This document shows positions 50,061-61,407 of a stretch of DNA of 64,000 bases, piece after piece. The first letter of the stretch is position 1. Every line of letters begins with the position of its first letter. This DNA is from Phaeosaccion multiseriatum (lineage: Eukaryota > Protista > Ochrophyta, other classes): assembly GCA_965112735.1 (NCBI GenBank), contig OZ218960.1, positions 1,736,001-1,800,000 of the forward strand, read 5' to 3'. Both the position numbers and the translations under genes were made by a program. The notes under the pieces are model-generated. The model saw only the letters and a program-made list of their open reading frames with translations. It ran no database searches and was not told where the DNA came from.

Positions 50061-51024
50061 CAAATCCCTTGAGAGCAGCAGCAGCACGAGGCGTTGATGC
50101 CAGGCTGAGGGATAGATGGAAGACCAGGGGATAATGAAGAGCACAAGACAGGCAGAGTATTTGAACAAGCACCTACACGCACCGCAAAACGAACTACCCT
50201 ATAATCTATGATGGAGGGGAGAGGGGAGTGTGTTGATGAAGTACCAACGCGCTCCGATAGTCGCCAAACAGCACCACTTTTTTCTCTTTTCTTCTTTTCT
50301 CTTGCGGATGCTGGCTGCTTTGCCAACGCCTCTCGTGTTGGGCTGGGCATGGTGGCATGGTTGCTTTTCGCATATCTGGTGCAACTGTAGGTTAGCAGCG
50401 TAGTGAGCCTTAGTGTTACCTCCACATTTAGGACTGGTGTTACCTCCACACGGAGTGTCTCGCAAGGCGGGATATTTGGACTCAGTTACGTGACAATTAT
50501 GTAGACTGTTATGTAAGGGTGAGTGACGGACCTGAGGGGCTGGATGCCCCCCTTCTAGCTACCCCCTTCCTCACTCCTGAACCCGGAAAGACCAACTGGT
50601 CGAAACTGGAAAGCTTTCCAGTCTCTGCGAGACTTTTTCTCTTTCTTCCTTGAGCATTCTAGACTCTAATAGCATTAATTATCACTTTTCTCCCAGGCCC
50701 CTCCTTGACTGAAACTCGGTAGTGCTCAGCTTGGGGGTTATCTTCCTACTCTCCAGGCAGAGTAAGGTAGCTCTACCGCTCTACCACAGTGGATTGGAGC
50801 CGTGTCCCAAGCGACGCATGTCCTCAGTACATGTCTTTCAGCTTGCCGCTGCTCGCTCGCGTACAAGCTCGGACACACGCACACACAGCGCGGGTGAAGA
50901 AGAAAGGCCAACTGAAACTCGCACGTTTTCCTCTAAATACGACGGGCCGGTGTGGGATGACCCGCTGCTTCGTAAGCCGAAGGATGCAGAAAATCCAATC
51001 TGCGCACCACATCCCTCCTCTCCT

Positions 51025-51863
51025 CTACGCTTGCAAGACTTCGCTCTCAGGAGTCTCCGACGACGTAGCAGTGGAGGATACTGGTACTGCTGCTGGTGCC
51101 GCTGGGGTCGCGGCCTCGATCATGACGGCCGAGATGATGCCATACACCCACACCCAAGCTTCCTTGGCTTCTTCGGTGAAAGCCTCTCCCAGACCCTGCC
51201 CTAGCGTCCAGATCAGTGCCTGCCCTACGGCCGGGTACATGGCAGCAGTGACGCCGTACTTAACTGTGGTGTTGTAAGACGAGAAGAGGAAAAGATGAAT
51301 TGGAACAGTTCAGAGCGAGCCGCCGAGTGGACACAAAGAATGACACACACACACAGAGAGAGAGAGAGGGAGAGACGACAAGAGAGAGAGAAAGAAAGCC
51401 CCCTACTCTTCGGCCTGCCTGCCCAGCCATGATACCCACCATGACGTTTGCCAAGGCCCTGGAGAACAGGCACAAGTGCGTCCATGTCATTGAGTAGCCC
51501 GACGGCCGCCCCGAGCATTTGCATCAGCTTCACGCCCTGCTTCTTCATGTCGGATGCCTTGAACAGCTCCTTGGTCTCCTGTCATTGGGAAGCGAGTTGC
51601 GCGAGTGAGTGGTAGGAGATGCGATCTCATCACGTTGGAAACTCTCGCTACAGCACTCTATGCGGCCGCGACCGCCGGCCGCAACCTGCTTATTGATTGG
51701 GGTGGTTAGCCCTAGTACCAGCAGGAGGCAAAAGAGACAGGAGGAGACCCACCGGTGCAATCTCCCAGAGCCGTCCATAGAAAAGCCCCGCCGCAGTCTC
51801 CGCGATGGGCGCCACTTTGTCAAAGGTTTCCTTGATCAACACTTTTCTTTTCTCGTCCGCCAT
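51025..51863 (-). CDS. Single-domain 3/3 globin (flavohaemoglobin/Vitreoscilla-type globin domain), 3 exons
   Basis: MADEKEKVLIKETFDKVAPIAETAAGLFYGRLWEIAP|ETKELFKASDMKKQGVKLMQML..LQGLGKRH|VKYGVTAAMYPAVGQALIWTL..FTEEAKEAWVWVYG. Shows TyrB10, PheCD1, GlnE7 and HisF8. Confidence 0.93.
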
Positions 51864-52186
51864 GCTGCTGTTTTTATTTCTCCCCTTTTCCTATTCTTGT
51901 CCTCAACTCACAATGCTGATGCTTGCTTTCTGCAGCTAGCCTTTGCTCTGATGTTGTTATGTCTATGACGTTCGGAGAAGCAGGGAAATGACTCATGATT
52001 GGGCTCAGATCCTCAAAGCTCGTCAAAGCTCGTCAGACGAAAACAATTTCTTCTTTACCCGCTAATCCCTGCGCTGCGGAGCCAGCCCCCCGGGGGATGA
52101 CGTCAAGGGTATTTGAAATTGAAACTTTCTCTCCACCCCTTTCCACTTCCAGTTTCAGCTTATAAAAAGGCAAAACCCGGAGTGCA

Positions 52187-52687
52187 ATGGCGAGTCACAG
52201 GGAAGAAATGAAGGAGAAGAAGGAGGAGGAGGCGGCGGGGGAGGAGGACATGGCGCGTGCGGAGGCAGGGGAGGAAGAGGAGGAACAGGAGGGGGAAGAG
52301 TGCGCCCTTTGCACCTTCGTAAAGGCGGGGCCATGCGCCGACATCTTCCAGCCATTTGAAGAGTGTATCAAGGCTTGCCACATGGAGGAAAAGGTCGCCA
52401 AGAAGGAAAGGGCGCAGTCAGGGGCTGACGAGGGTGAAAGAGGGGGGGGGGGCGAAGACGACGGATCAACACCGAACTGCGTGGACAGCTGCGCAGAATA
52501 CTTTCTCCCCGTACAAGCTTGCTTAGTCGAGCATGTGGAGGAGTACACGGCGATTTATGAGAAGTCGAAACCCGCGGGCACCAGCCGAGCGGATGAGGGG
52601 GAGGAGGGTGCGGCGGAGGGGGATGGGGGAGCGAGGGCGATGGTCGTAGTCGTGGAGGCAGAGGGTGACGGCAGCGACGAATCATGA
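52187..52687 (+). CDS. GCK-domain / twin Cx9C (CHCH-like) protein
   Basis: ECALCTFVKAGPCADIFQPFEEC...SCAEYFLPVQACLVEHVEEY: CxxC plus two Cx9C motifs and a HxxxY ending like the GCK domain; acidic flanks. Confidence 0.8.
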   Translation: MASHREEMKEKKEEEAAGEEDMARAEAGEEEEEQEGEECALCTFVKAGPCADIFQPFEECIKACHMEEKVAKKERAQSGADEGERGGGGEDDGSTPNCVDSCAEYFLPVQACLVEHVEEYTAIYEKSKPAGTSRADEGEEGAAEGDGGARAMVVVVEAEGDGSDES

Positions 52688-53972
52688 CATGGCATCGGAC
52701 GCAGAGGTTATCGGGAGCGACGAATCATGACGTTGCATCGTAGCTATTGGCCCCATGACGGAGGGGCTGTGTCAAAGCCGACAACTGGCCGGGAGAGGGG
52801 GAAGCCACAAAAGCAACAAAAGCAACAAAGCGGAGCGCATGCGTGTATGCACCACTGCAACTACGGAGACGGATGCAGCGCGGACTCCTGATCCGCCTCC
52901 AAGGTGGATGGTACGGCTGCTTGCGGCGTGTGGGGCAAGGCAGGGGTTGGCCGGGCGGGAGCGAAGTACATATCTTTGGAACCAGCGCTCTGCCCGTAAC
53001 ATGCACCAACGCAGCATCCGTCTTCTCCATAGCTCTTGTGCAGGTTTACGACGGAACAGTAGACAGGGGGGGGAAGGCACGAACCTGCCCCTCAGCGGCG
53101 CTCGATGAAAGTCCAGACCAAGTACACGAGCGAAGACAACTGCAAAATGGTTGTTTTGAAACAGTTTCCATGTATCGTTGTCATTTTTTGTTCCCTTTTT
53201 TTGTGGGAACTTAACTGTGCAACAATTTAATTTAATTCCTCCCTCCACATGACACTACGATAGATACTCTTCGCAAATACGCGTAAAATGTACACCCCTT
53301 TGTGTGCTCCGGTCCTCTGGTCGATCACACCAGCCTCCTCTCCTCCCTGCTGCAGTGCTGCGGTCTACGCCTACATCCTTCCTAAACTAAAAACTGTTTA
53401 GAAGCCGCTGCCGCTACCTAAGAACTAACTGCGCTATCCCCCTGTGATATCTCGCCCCGCCCCCCGCCCCCCTCCCTCAACTCGGGACCTCTCTGCTACA
53501 ACTTAGACTAATCATTGGGGGTCTCCTCCACACTAACCCTATATGAACACCTGACTTGGCTGGGGTCCAAACCTCCTTTGTACGTCAGATAAAAATCTGT
53601 ACATGGCAAGAGCCAGCAAATGGTCAGCCACGGTACCCAGCCCCCCCCTCAACCTCTACACTACGTACCGTACCCGTTCAAACAAACGCGCACTTGTTTG
53701 TTCCTTACTCGTAAGAGTAGTCCAATCCCCGATTCGCCTCCCCTGCCGTTCGCGATCCCACAGCTCAAGCGCTCCACGCGGCTGGCCTCTCCCGCCCCAA
53801 CTGCTTCTCCTTCTCCTTCTCCTTCTCCTTCTCCTTCTCCTCCTCCTTCTCCTCCTCCTCCTCCTCCTCCTCCTCCTCCTCCTCCTCCTGCTGCTGCTGC
53901 TACGCGCAATGTTCCTCCTCCCTTCCCATCAAGCCACCCTAAGTAGTTCCTACGACCTTCCAAGTCCTTCTT

Positions 53973-56373
53973 TTAAGCATTCATGTACAGCGATCCGTTG
54001 AGCACCTCCACCAGTGCAATGACAAAGTAGGGCATCTGGATACCCAAGGCCGTGAGCCACCCCTGCAGCATGTTGGAAGTCACTCCCGCAAAGCCCTTGA
54101 TAAAATGCTGCCAACCAAAAAAAGCCCCCATGTTTCCTCTCCCTGCGATTTTGGTGAGGGCCGCCTTCATCGTTGACTCACGCACTTCCAGGCACATGCC
54201 CTGGAGCCAAATGGAGGGGGAGGAATGAGGAGGATGAGCACGAGGAGGAGGGGGAGGCGGAGGCGGAGGAGGAGGAGGATGAGCACGAGGAGGAGGAGGA
54301 GGAGGAGGAGGAGGAGGAGGAGGAGGAGGAGAAGAAGGGGGGGGGGTTCAATAAAGGCTAGCTTGAGACTACTGCACTGACTGACAGGTGGTTGGATTCC
54401 GCTCCATTCCACATGCCGCACATCGAGGGAACGCATAACTGCATGAAGAAACGAACTTACCGCAACCGCGTTGACGACGATGAAGACGGTCATGGTGGGG
54501 AGAAAGGGCATGGCAAACAGGAGTACCGCCAGAGCGAAGCACGAGATAGCGGCAACGGGGCGGTCTGCGTCTTCGGGGCTAAGCTTGAGGTGTCTGTGGG
54601 GGGAGGGAGAGGGAGGAGGATGAGGAGAAGGAGGGGGAGGCGGGCAGCGGGGAGACGGTTAGGGGCATAGGGTACCACTTCTTTCACAGGAGGCGGAGGC
54701 AATGGTAAGAGACAATTCGCTGAAATGTGAACAACACACACACATACATTGCTAAAGAGGTTGAAGACCCCTTTCATCACTTCCCTTCTCCACATATTCT
54801 TCCCCTGAAACGGCCGTTATCCGCCTTCCCTTCCCCTTCCTTCCGTTTCTTCTTACCTTGAGACCATGGGCACGACAGGCATACAGGGCAAGAGAATTCT
54901 GCAGCAAGCCTTCACCCCGCCCACAAGAGCCAGCGCAGATGCCCCCTTCCCAAAGTTTGCCTGAAGGAGCGGGCCGTAGTCCTGGGAAGGGCGTAGGGCC
55001 TGAAGGATGAAGAGTCCGACGATGAGCCTCTCGCTCAACAGCAGCCGCAAGGAGTTGACGAACTCGGTCCTCTTCCTTCCCATCTTTGGTTTTGGGTCAT
55101 GCTCCTCCTTCTCTGACTCAATGGTCGCGGCGGTACGCTCCATGGTGGCAGCCAGGGGTGCAGTAGCAGCAAGGAGAGCACTAGAAGAAGAGGAGGAAGA
55201 AGAAGAAGAACCGTCACCAGCTTCGTCCTCCTCTTCTTCCCAGGCGGGAAGGAGCACCTGCTGCTGCTGGGCCCTGCGTGGGCTGTAGCACTGCAGACCA
55301 TTCGTGGTGGTGGGATTACCGCTGCTGTTACTTCCACTCGCCGAGAGCTCAAACTCCCCACTCCCGCTGCTACTCAAGCTGCCAGTGCTGTCCGTCCTGA
55401 AGCTGTCTGTGCTGCTGCAGCCTAGACTGTCCAGCCTCTCGTCAGTGGCGTCGAGAGGCTCGCAGTAGGCGGGTAGGGGCGAAGAGAATGAGAAGTCTTC
55501 CTCCTCCTCGCTCGCCTGATCCGTGTCCCCCTCAGAACTTGCTCCCAAACTCGCCAGGCTGCAATTCGACAAGCTCTGGCGCAACACATCGATGCCTCTC
55601 CTGCTGCTGCTGCTGTTGCCTCTAAAGCCGACGCCCACCACAAGGGCGGCCAGGACCATGCACACGGCGGCAAAGAGCAGGCTTTGGGAGGTGTCTTCAT
55701 CGAAGGCTGTGAGCACGGGCATGGCAAGTAACGCCGCCACACCGTAAAAGGCCCCGTGTTGCGCGTATGCTGCCGCCTGGCAAGCCGGTGCCACCGTGTC
55801 CCCGATGTAGGCGTTGATGAGTGCTCCGTTGGCGGCAAAGCAGCCCATCAGCAGACGGCACGTTACTAGCCCCATGACTGAGTACTGCCCCCAAAGCATG
55901 GTGATGATGAAGGTCAAGGCACTGCCTAGCAGGGTGGACGTGAGCGCCAGCCGCCGGCCCATTCGGTCGCTCATGAAGCCAATGAGCGGGGCGGAGAAGG
56001 TCTTGGTCATGAAATAGCCAGACATGACAAGACCGTACTGGAGCCCCTTCTCTGTCCCTGAGGCCCCCTCCTTCTCCAAACTGCGCGCCATGAATGGCAG
56101 CAGCGGGATAGTGACGCTGTAGGCCAGGCCGTACACCAGCGTCACCATGTTACGGGGCGCGGTTAACACTTGCCACACGCCCTCGTCTCCGTCGCAGATG
56201 GCGATGATAGAGTTGCGTCGGGTTGCGGAAGAAGGGAGTGGGCGGCGGGGCGGGGGCGGCGGGTATGCATGCTGCTCATGCTCACCCCCCTTCACTGACC
56301 TGCTGTACCCACTTCCTACGACCCTCCTCCTTCTCAGCCCCATCGTCGGCGAGGTGCCGTTACTCGGCATCAT
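53973..56373 (-). CDS. Major facilitator superfamily transporter (DHA1/TetA-like) with long Ser/Glu-rich central loop, 3 exons
   Basis: Motif A GFMSDRMGRR, plus TIPLLPF, RLLMG and AYIGD. Further exons ..AAISCFALAVLLFAMPFL.. and GMCLEVRES..MGAFFG..MPYFVIAL. Confidence 0.88.
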
Positions 56374-56728
56374 CCTCCCCCTCCTCCTGACCCGGGCCCA
56401 CTTGAGCTGGAACCCCCAACACCGTTTCCTATAATCTGCTCTGTCTTCGCCCCTCCGTCCGTGCGTGCGCCGCTCAGCCGCCCGATGGGGAAAGGGGCCG
56501 GAGAGGAGAAAGGATAGAGCTCTGCTTGCTCCGTCCTTCTCCTGAGGCTTCTAAAAAGCCTCCTCCTTGAGTTTGTGCCGTTTGTGGTGCGGTGCGTCAT
56601 CAGCCAATTTCAATCGATGGCAGTGGATGGCATACACTCGTCCTCTTCAAAAATGTTGATATCAAGTGTTTCTCTGGAAGTGAGAGAGAGGGGTAAAGAG
56701 ATAGAAGATATGTGATGAAGGGTAAAAG

Positions 56729-58201
56729 ATGCTTGGCTCCCTCGCTTCTTCGATTGCCTCGTTGAGCGTGCCCAGCAAGTCTTCAGTGAGCTTCCTTCGC
56801 ACGAAAATCTGGTGGGTCGGCAAGGGAACAAGGGAGGAGACATGCATTGTGCTAAGGTGGGTGCGATGTGGTTGAAAAGGAGACGGAGGACGGAGGCGGA
56901 GGGCGGAAACAGGGTAAAAATAACCGGGATGACTAACCATCTAACTAACCCGTGTGTGCCTTGCTGCTCTTGGGCAGACACAACCACCTGACGGGCGAGC
57001 AGAGGATCGTCGTGGGCGGTTGTGTAGTCTTCAAGGGGCGCTCCCTCCTGGATGCAGGAGGCACGACCCGTCTGCAGTACACCCCCTCGAATGGCAGTAG
57101 CACCAGCAGTGGTAGCAGCAGCAGCAGCAGAAGTTGTTGGCAGCTTCGAGTAGAAGTGAGGCACTTCCCCGGCCTCACCACATACAAGCTCTTTGTCAAC
57201 GACGTGGAGATGACGGCTCTAGGGGACAGCGTCGAGGAGGAGCACAACTCCAGTGGTAAGACAATGTTCGTTCTACTGCTACTGCAGAGAGGAGGACCAT
57301 GGAACTCACCTGCTGTCCCCGTGTGGGCACCCTTCTCTTCCATCGCGACGCTCCTCCTTCGTGACAGCAGGGTACGAAGTGCGAGTCGAGGCCGGTGCCC
57401 AGCCCGGACTCTTCGCACTCACATGCATCAAGAGGGTGGATACAGCAGCAGCAGAAGCAGTAGAGGCGCGGAGAGAAGAAGAACAACAAGAAAGAAATAT
57501 GGAAGGAATATGGCGCGACATGGAAGGGACGCAGCGGCAGTCATCAGGAGGACCATCTGCGGCGGAGAAGAGCAGGCCTGGAGGTGCACCAGTGGTGTTT
57601 CAAACCACGCGTCGATTCAGGGAGTTCGACGAGTTAGACAATCTGGTGCGTGAGTGAGTGTGGATGAGTGAGTGGGAGGGAGGGAGGGAGTGAATGCATG
57701 CATGGAGTGAGTGGGTGAGAGGGTGGGTGAAATCCAAGAAAGCAGATGGGATCCAAGAAAAGGCGTGTGTGCGTATGTACCGCCCCACTCTGACGTGGAC
57801 CCCTTGGTCCCGCACCCACTCGGGCGCCCCCGCCTTGCTCTCCAATCTTCCTCACCCCCTTCCCCCTTTTGCCTCTCAACTCATCACCCCTCGTGTGTCT
57901 GTTTTCCTTTCGTAACTTGGCCCCAACCGACCGCCCCCGCCCCACCCCGCGCGCCACTGCCACCCAACCGAACCCAACCAAACCAACCAACCAAAAGATG
58001 CGGAGCGCCTACCGAGGACACCACCTCCTATCCAACCTCCCTGCGCTCCCGGCCAAGCACGTGAAGCTCTGGCGCGACCATGCAAGTCCCGGCTTTGTGG
58101 AGCAGCGCAGGGTCCATCTGGAAGGCTACCTCAACAAGATGCTTGCGGTCCCTCACGCTGTCAGAAACCCCGATCTGCTCACCTTCCTCGGAGCGCTGTG
58201 A
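56729..58201 (+). CDS. FAIM-like N-terminal domain + PX domain protein (paralogue of 6607-9826), 4 exons
   Basis: Exons 56729-56856, 56978-57255, ~57368-57645 and 57998-58201: KIWWV..IVLR HNHLTGEQRIVVGG..YKLFVND (FAIM-like); TRRFREFDELDNL|MRSAYRGHHLLSNLPALPAKH..FVEQRRVHLEGYLNKML..LLTFLG (PX). Confidence 0.8.
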
Positions 58202-58209
58202 GCTGAGCT

Positions 58210-58330
58210 GTATGTATGTATGTATGTATGTATGTATGTATGTATGTATGTATGAGTGTATGTATGTATGTATGTATGTATGTATATATGCATATGTATG
58301 TATATATATGTATGTATGTATGTATGTATG
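58210..58330. repeat. (TATG)n microsatellite
   Basis: About 30 units immediately after the stop at 58201. Confidence 0.95.
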
Positions 58331-58647
58331 CATGCTCTGCCGCGGCCGTCGGGATGGAGACAGACCCTCCGAGTGAGTGACAGGGCCGGGGGGAGGGGGG
58401 GCTTTGGCGAGGCGAGCGAGCGAGTGAGTGCGCTAGGTTCGAATGGTCAAAGGAAGGACGAGTTGGAGCGTTTGCTCGTCGTGATGAGCAAAAGGACACG
58501 TGGCAGTCCTTCCTTCCTTCCTTCCTTCCTTCCTTCCTTCCTTCCTTCCTTCCTCTGGAGTCTTGTCTTGGGGGCGCAAAACACACGTACTTACTTACTC
58601 TTTGCCTGTCTTCTCGGACGATGAAGCAAGCAAGCGAGGGGGCGACT

Positions 58648-58860
58648 ATCGTGTATGTGACCATCGTGTATGTGACCATCGTGTATGTGACCATCGTGTA
58701 TGTGACCATCGTGTATGTGACCATCGTGTATGTGACCATCGTGTATGTGACCATCGTGTATGTGACCATCGTGTATGTGACCATCGTGTATGTGACCATC
58801 GTGTATGTGACCATCGTGTATGTGACCATCGTGTATGTGACCATCGTGTATGTGACCATC
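58648..58860. repeat. 15-bp minisatellite, 14 perfect copies
   Basis: ATCGTGTATGTGACC x14 plus ATC. Confidence 0.98.
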
Positions 58861-60099
58861 CGTGCGACACGCTTGCTTGCCAAGTTACCCGCCCCGTGCT
58901 CCTCGGCGAGAGGCACTGCAGGGGAGGGGAGAAAGGGTTGGGAACGGGGGGCAGGTACTACCTGGGGGGGGTAGCGAATCACCAACACGACAACTCGGTT
59001 GTGTGTGTGTGTGTGTGTGTGCGTGCGCGTCTGGATCCTGACACCCACCCCCTCACCGCTGGTAGGCTGCTCACCCGAGAGGCTGGACAGAGGCTGGTAC
59101 GAGGGGTCAAGCTTTGGAAAAGGAAGCATGCAGATATGTAGATAAATGTTGTACATAAACAGGAGGAGAGTTTTTGGGCGAGAGAGTTATATGAACCCAT
59201 ATGCAACACACACACTCTCTCTCTCTCTCATCCATGCCATAGAAAAGAAGCACGCGCATGTTCGCCTGGACGTGTCTCCAGCCCATCCCATGGAGTGAGT
59301 GAGTGAGTGAGTGAGTGAGTGAGTAATTAAGTGCGTGAGTGAGTGAGTGCGTGAGTGAATGAGTGAGTCCCCCCGTCCTCCCTCCCATTCACTGCCATCC
59401 GCCGAGAAGCCAGCGCTGGCCTGCGGTCAGAAGCCCGAAGCCAGGGGGGGGGGTAGCTAGCGGGCGGGTGACCTCCCCAGGTCGTACTTCTCAGACAACG
59501 CGCCCCGTTGACGGGTCTGCAGAGTAAAACGCATCACAACGGCGGGCCTATACGGTTGCAAGGGAAAGAAAAGCTGGACAACCCAAGCAGTTGGGGGCCG
59601 GGCAGCCACATCGAGCCGAAGATCAGCACGACGAACAAGGGCAGCAGTTGCAGCAGCAGCAGCCGCGTGGATGGTGGCGGAATATCGCATCAAGCTCCGA
59701 CAAGATTCATCCCGTGCCTGCGGGTGCCTGTGATGGATGGGGAGAGCTGCCACGGCGGCGGTACTCGTCGTTCAATTGAAAAGCGCGATAGTCGACGATA
59801 CGTCTTGACGAAGAGAGGGGGTGAGGAGATGAGTCTAGCAGGGCAGAAGAGACAGTTCCTGTCGTGAGCGTTGCACACATACTAACATACACGGAGCACT
59901 TGGGACCGCTTGGTGAGATCAGAGAGGGCACTTTGTAAATCACAAAGGGGGGACGAAACGAAACACCAGCAGGGCAGGTGGTCAGAGATTCTATCTGAGC
60001 ACATGTAAGTAGACAGGTTGAGATGTAAGTAAACAGATTATATAACATTTATCGACGGAGGGGGCACACACAAAAGGGCGTTCACTTTCCTTCCCTCCC

Positions 60100-61304
60100 T
60101 CAGAAGAACGTTCTCCCTCTCGGGTTCGCCTCCCGTGTAAGCTTCCCGAGCGCCATGTACTGCTTGCGCATACAGAAATGCAAGTGGTGCAGCAGCCCTG
60201 TCGTTATTATGCCTCCAAATGAGGCCACCATGAGGAAGGTAAATGCCCACTCTGCCTCGCTACCGCTGCTACTGCTGTCACTGCTGTCGTCCAGATCAGT
60301 ATCGCCCCCCCCTGCCTACAGATGAGCACCAGCAGTACGAGCAGGGAGAAGAAGTGTAAGGACAAGATGCGGTAGTGAGGGAGGGGATGATCGGGAGGGA
60401 GGACGCAAAAGGAGACGGCTCATTGTGCTTCACTCTGACCCCCCCGCCCTTGCCTCGGCTCCCTTCCTTCCTTTCGCCGTGCTCCACCCTCACCCACCTG
60501 TCTTCGCAGACTCCGATACGATTTGTAGCTTTCCAGCGCACGATAGCAAAAGAGTACTGACAAGGAGGCGCAGATTAAGCGACCAAGGTGCGTCTTCTTG
60601 AACAGGTCGTGCCAGTCAATGCTCACGATGGCGGTGCCTCGTCCTCCACCTCCCTCTTCCTTCTCCGTTGGTTGTGGTGTTGGTGTGGGTGGTGCTCCTC
60701 CTCCTACTGCTCCTCTTTTCCGTGCTCGACTGGTTTGTTGTATGGAGCCTTTGCCTGCCCCTGAGCCTCCGGTCCGACTACCTGTGCTATCCGCGCCACC
60801 TCCGGTGCTGCCGTCGCCCCCCTCTACTCTGTGGCCTGTGTGGTCATCTCCCTCTTGGAGGACACAGCAGCGAGACACCTTTGGAAGGAAGAGACACATG
60901 CGCAGATGCAAAGCAGAAGGAAGGGGGGGGGGAGGGGAGGAGGAAGGTGGGCGAAAGCACAGAAGTTTTGGGGAGGAGGAGAGGAGTGGATAGAGCGAGA
61001 TTCAGGACATTTCCACCACCCCATCGCCCGTATAAAGCTACAGGTACAGCCTCTCCTCTCGTTCCCTTGAAGTAGCAACAGCCCACCCAGCTTGGCTTAC
61101 CATGACACCGCTCATGGTGATGATCACCCCCGCAGTCACCAGGGACAGAAGAGCCTCCCGCTCCCCCTTGCTGCTATCCCGCAGCTTCCACGCCATGCCC
61201 AAGAGGACCATACTGTAGAGAAGAGCAGCTCGGACGTACCAGCGGGAGTAGGACAGGCATTTGAAGTAGAGAGGGTGTTGAGACTTGGAAAAAGGCCGCT
61301 TCAT
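60100..61304 (-). CDS. Hypothetical multi-pass (~4 TM) membrane protein, 3 exons
   Basis: MKRPFSK..WYVRAALLYSMVLLGMAW..LLSLVTAGVIITMSGVM|VSRCC..LGRLICASLSVLFCYRAL..RRQ|AGGGD..WAFTFLMVASFGGIITTGLLHHL..RGRTFF*. Joins are in frame at GT-AG sites; no family recognised. Confidence 0.55.
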
Positions 61305-61407
61305 CGCCCCTTCTTCCCGTCTCCGTCTCCCCGTCTATTGGTTGTACACTGTGACCTATCCATCCCGTTACAAACTTCAACAAATTTCTCTTCACATACA
61401 ATGGGAG

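Noticed and set aside
58179-59156. 325-aa ORF with MVTYT repeats
   Set aside because: Its openness derives from the stop-free 15-bp minisatellite and the (TACA)n and (GGAA)n tracts.
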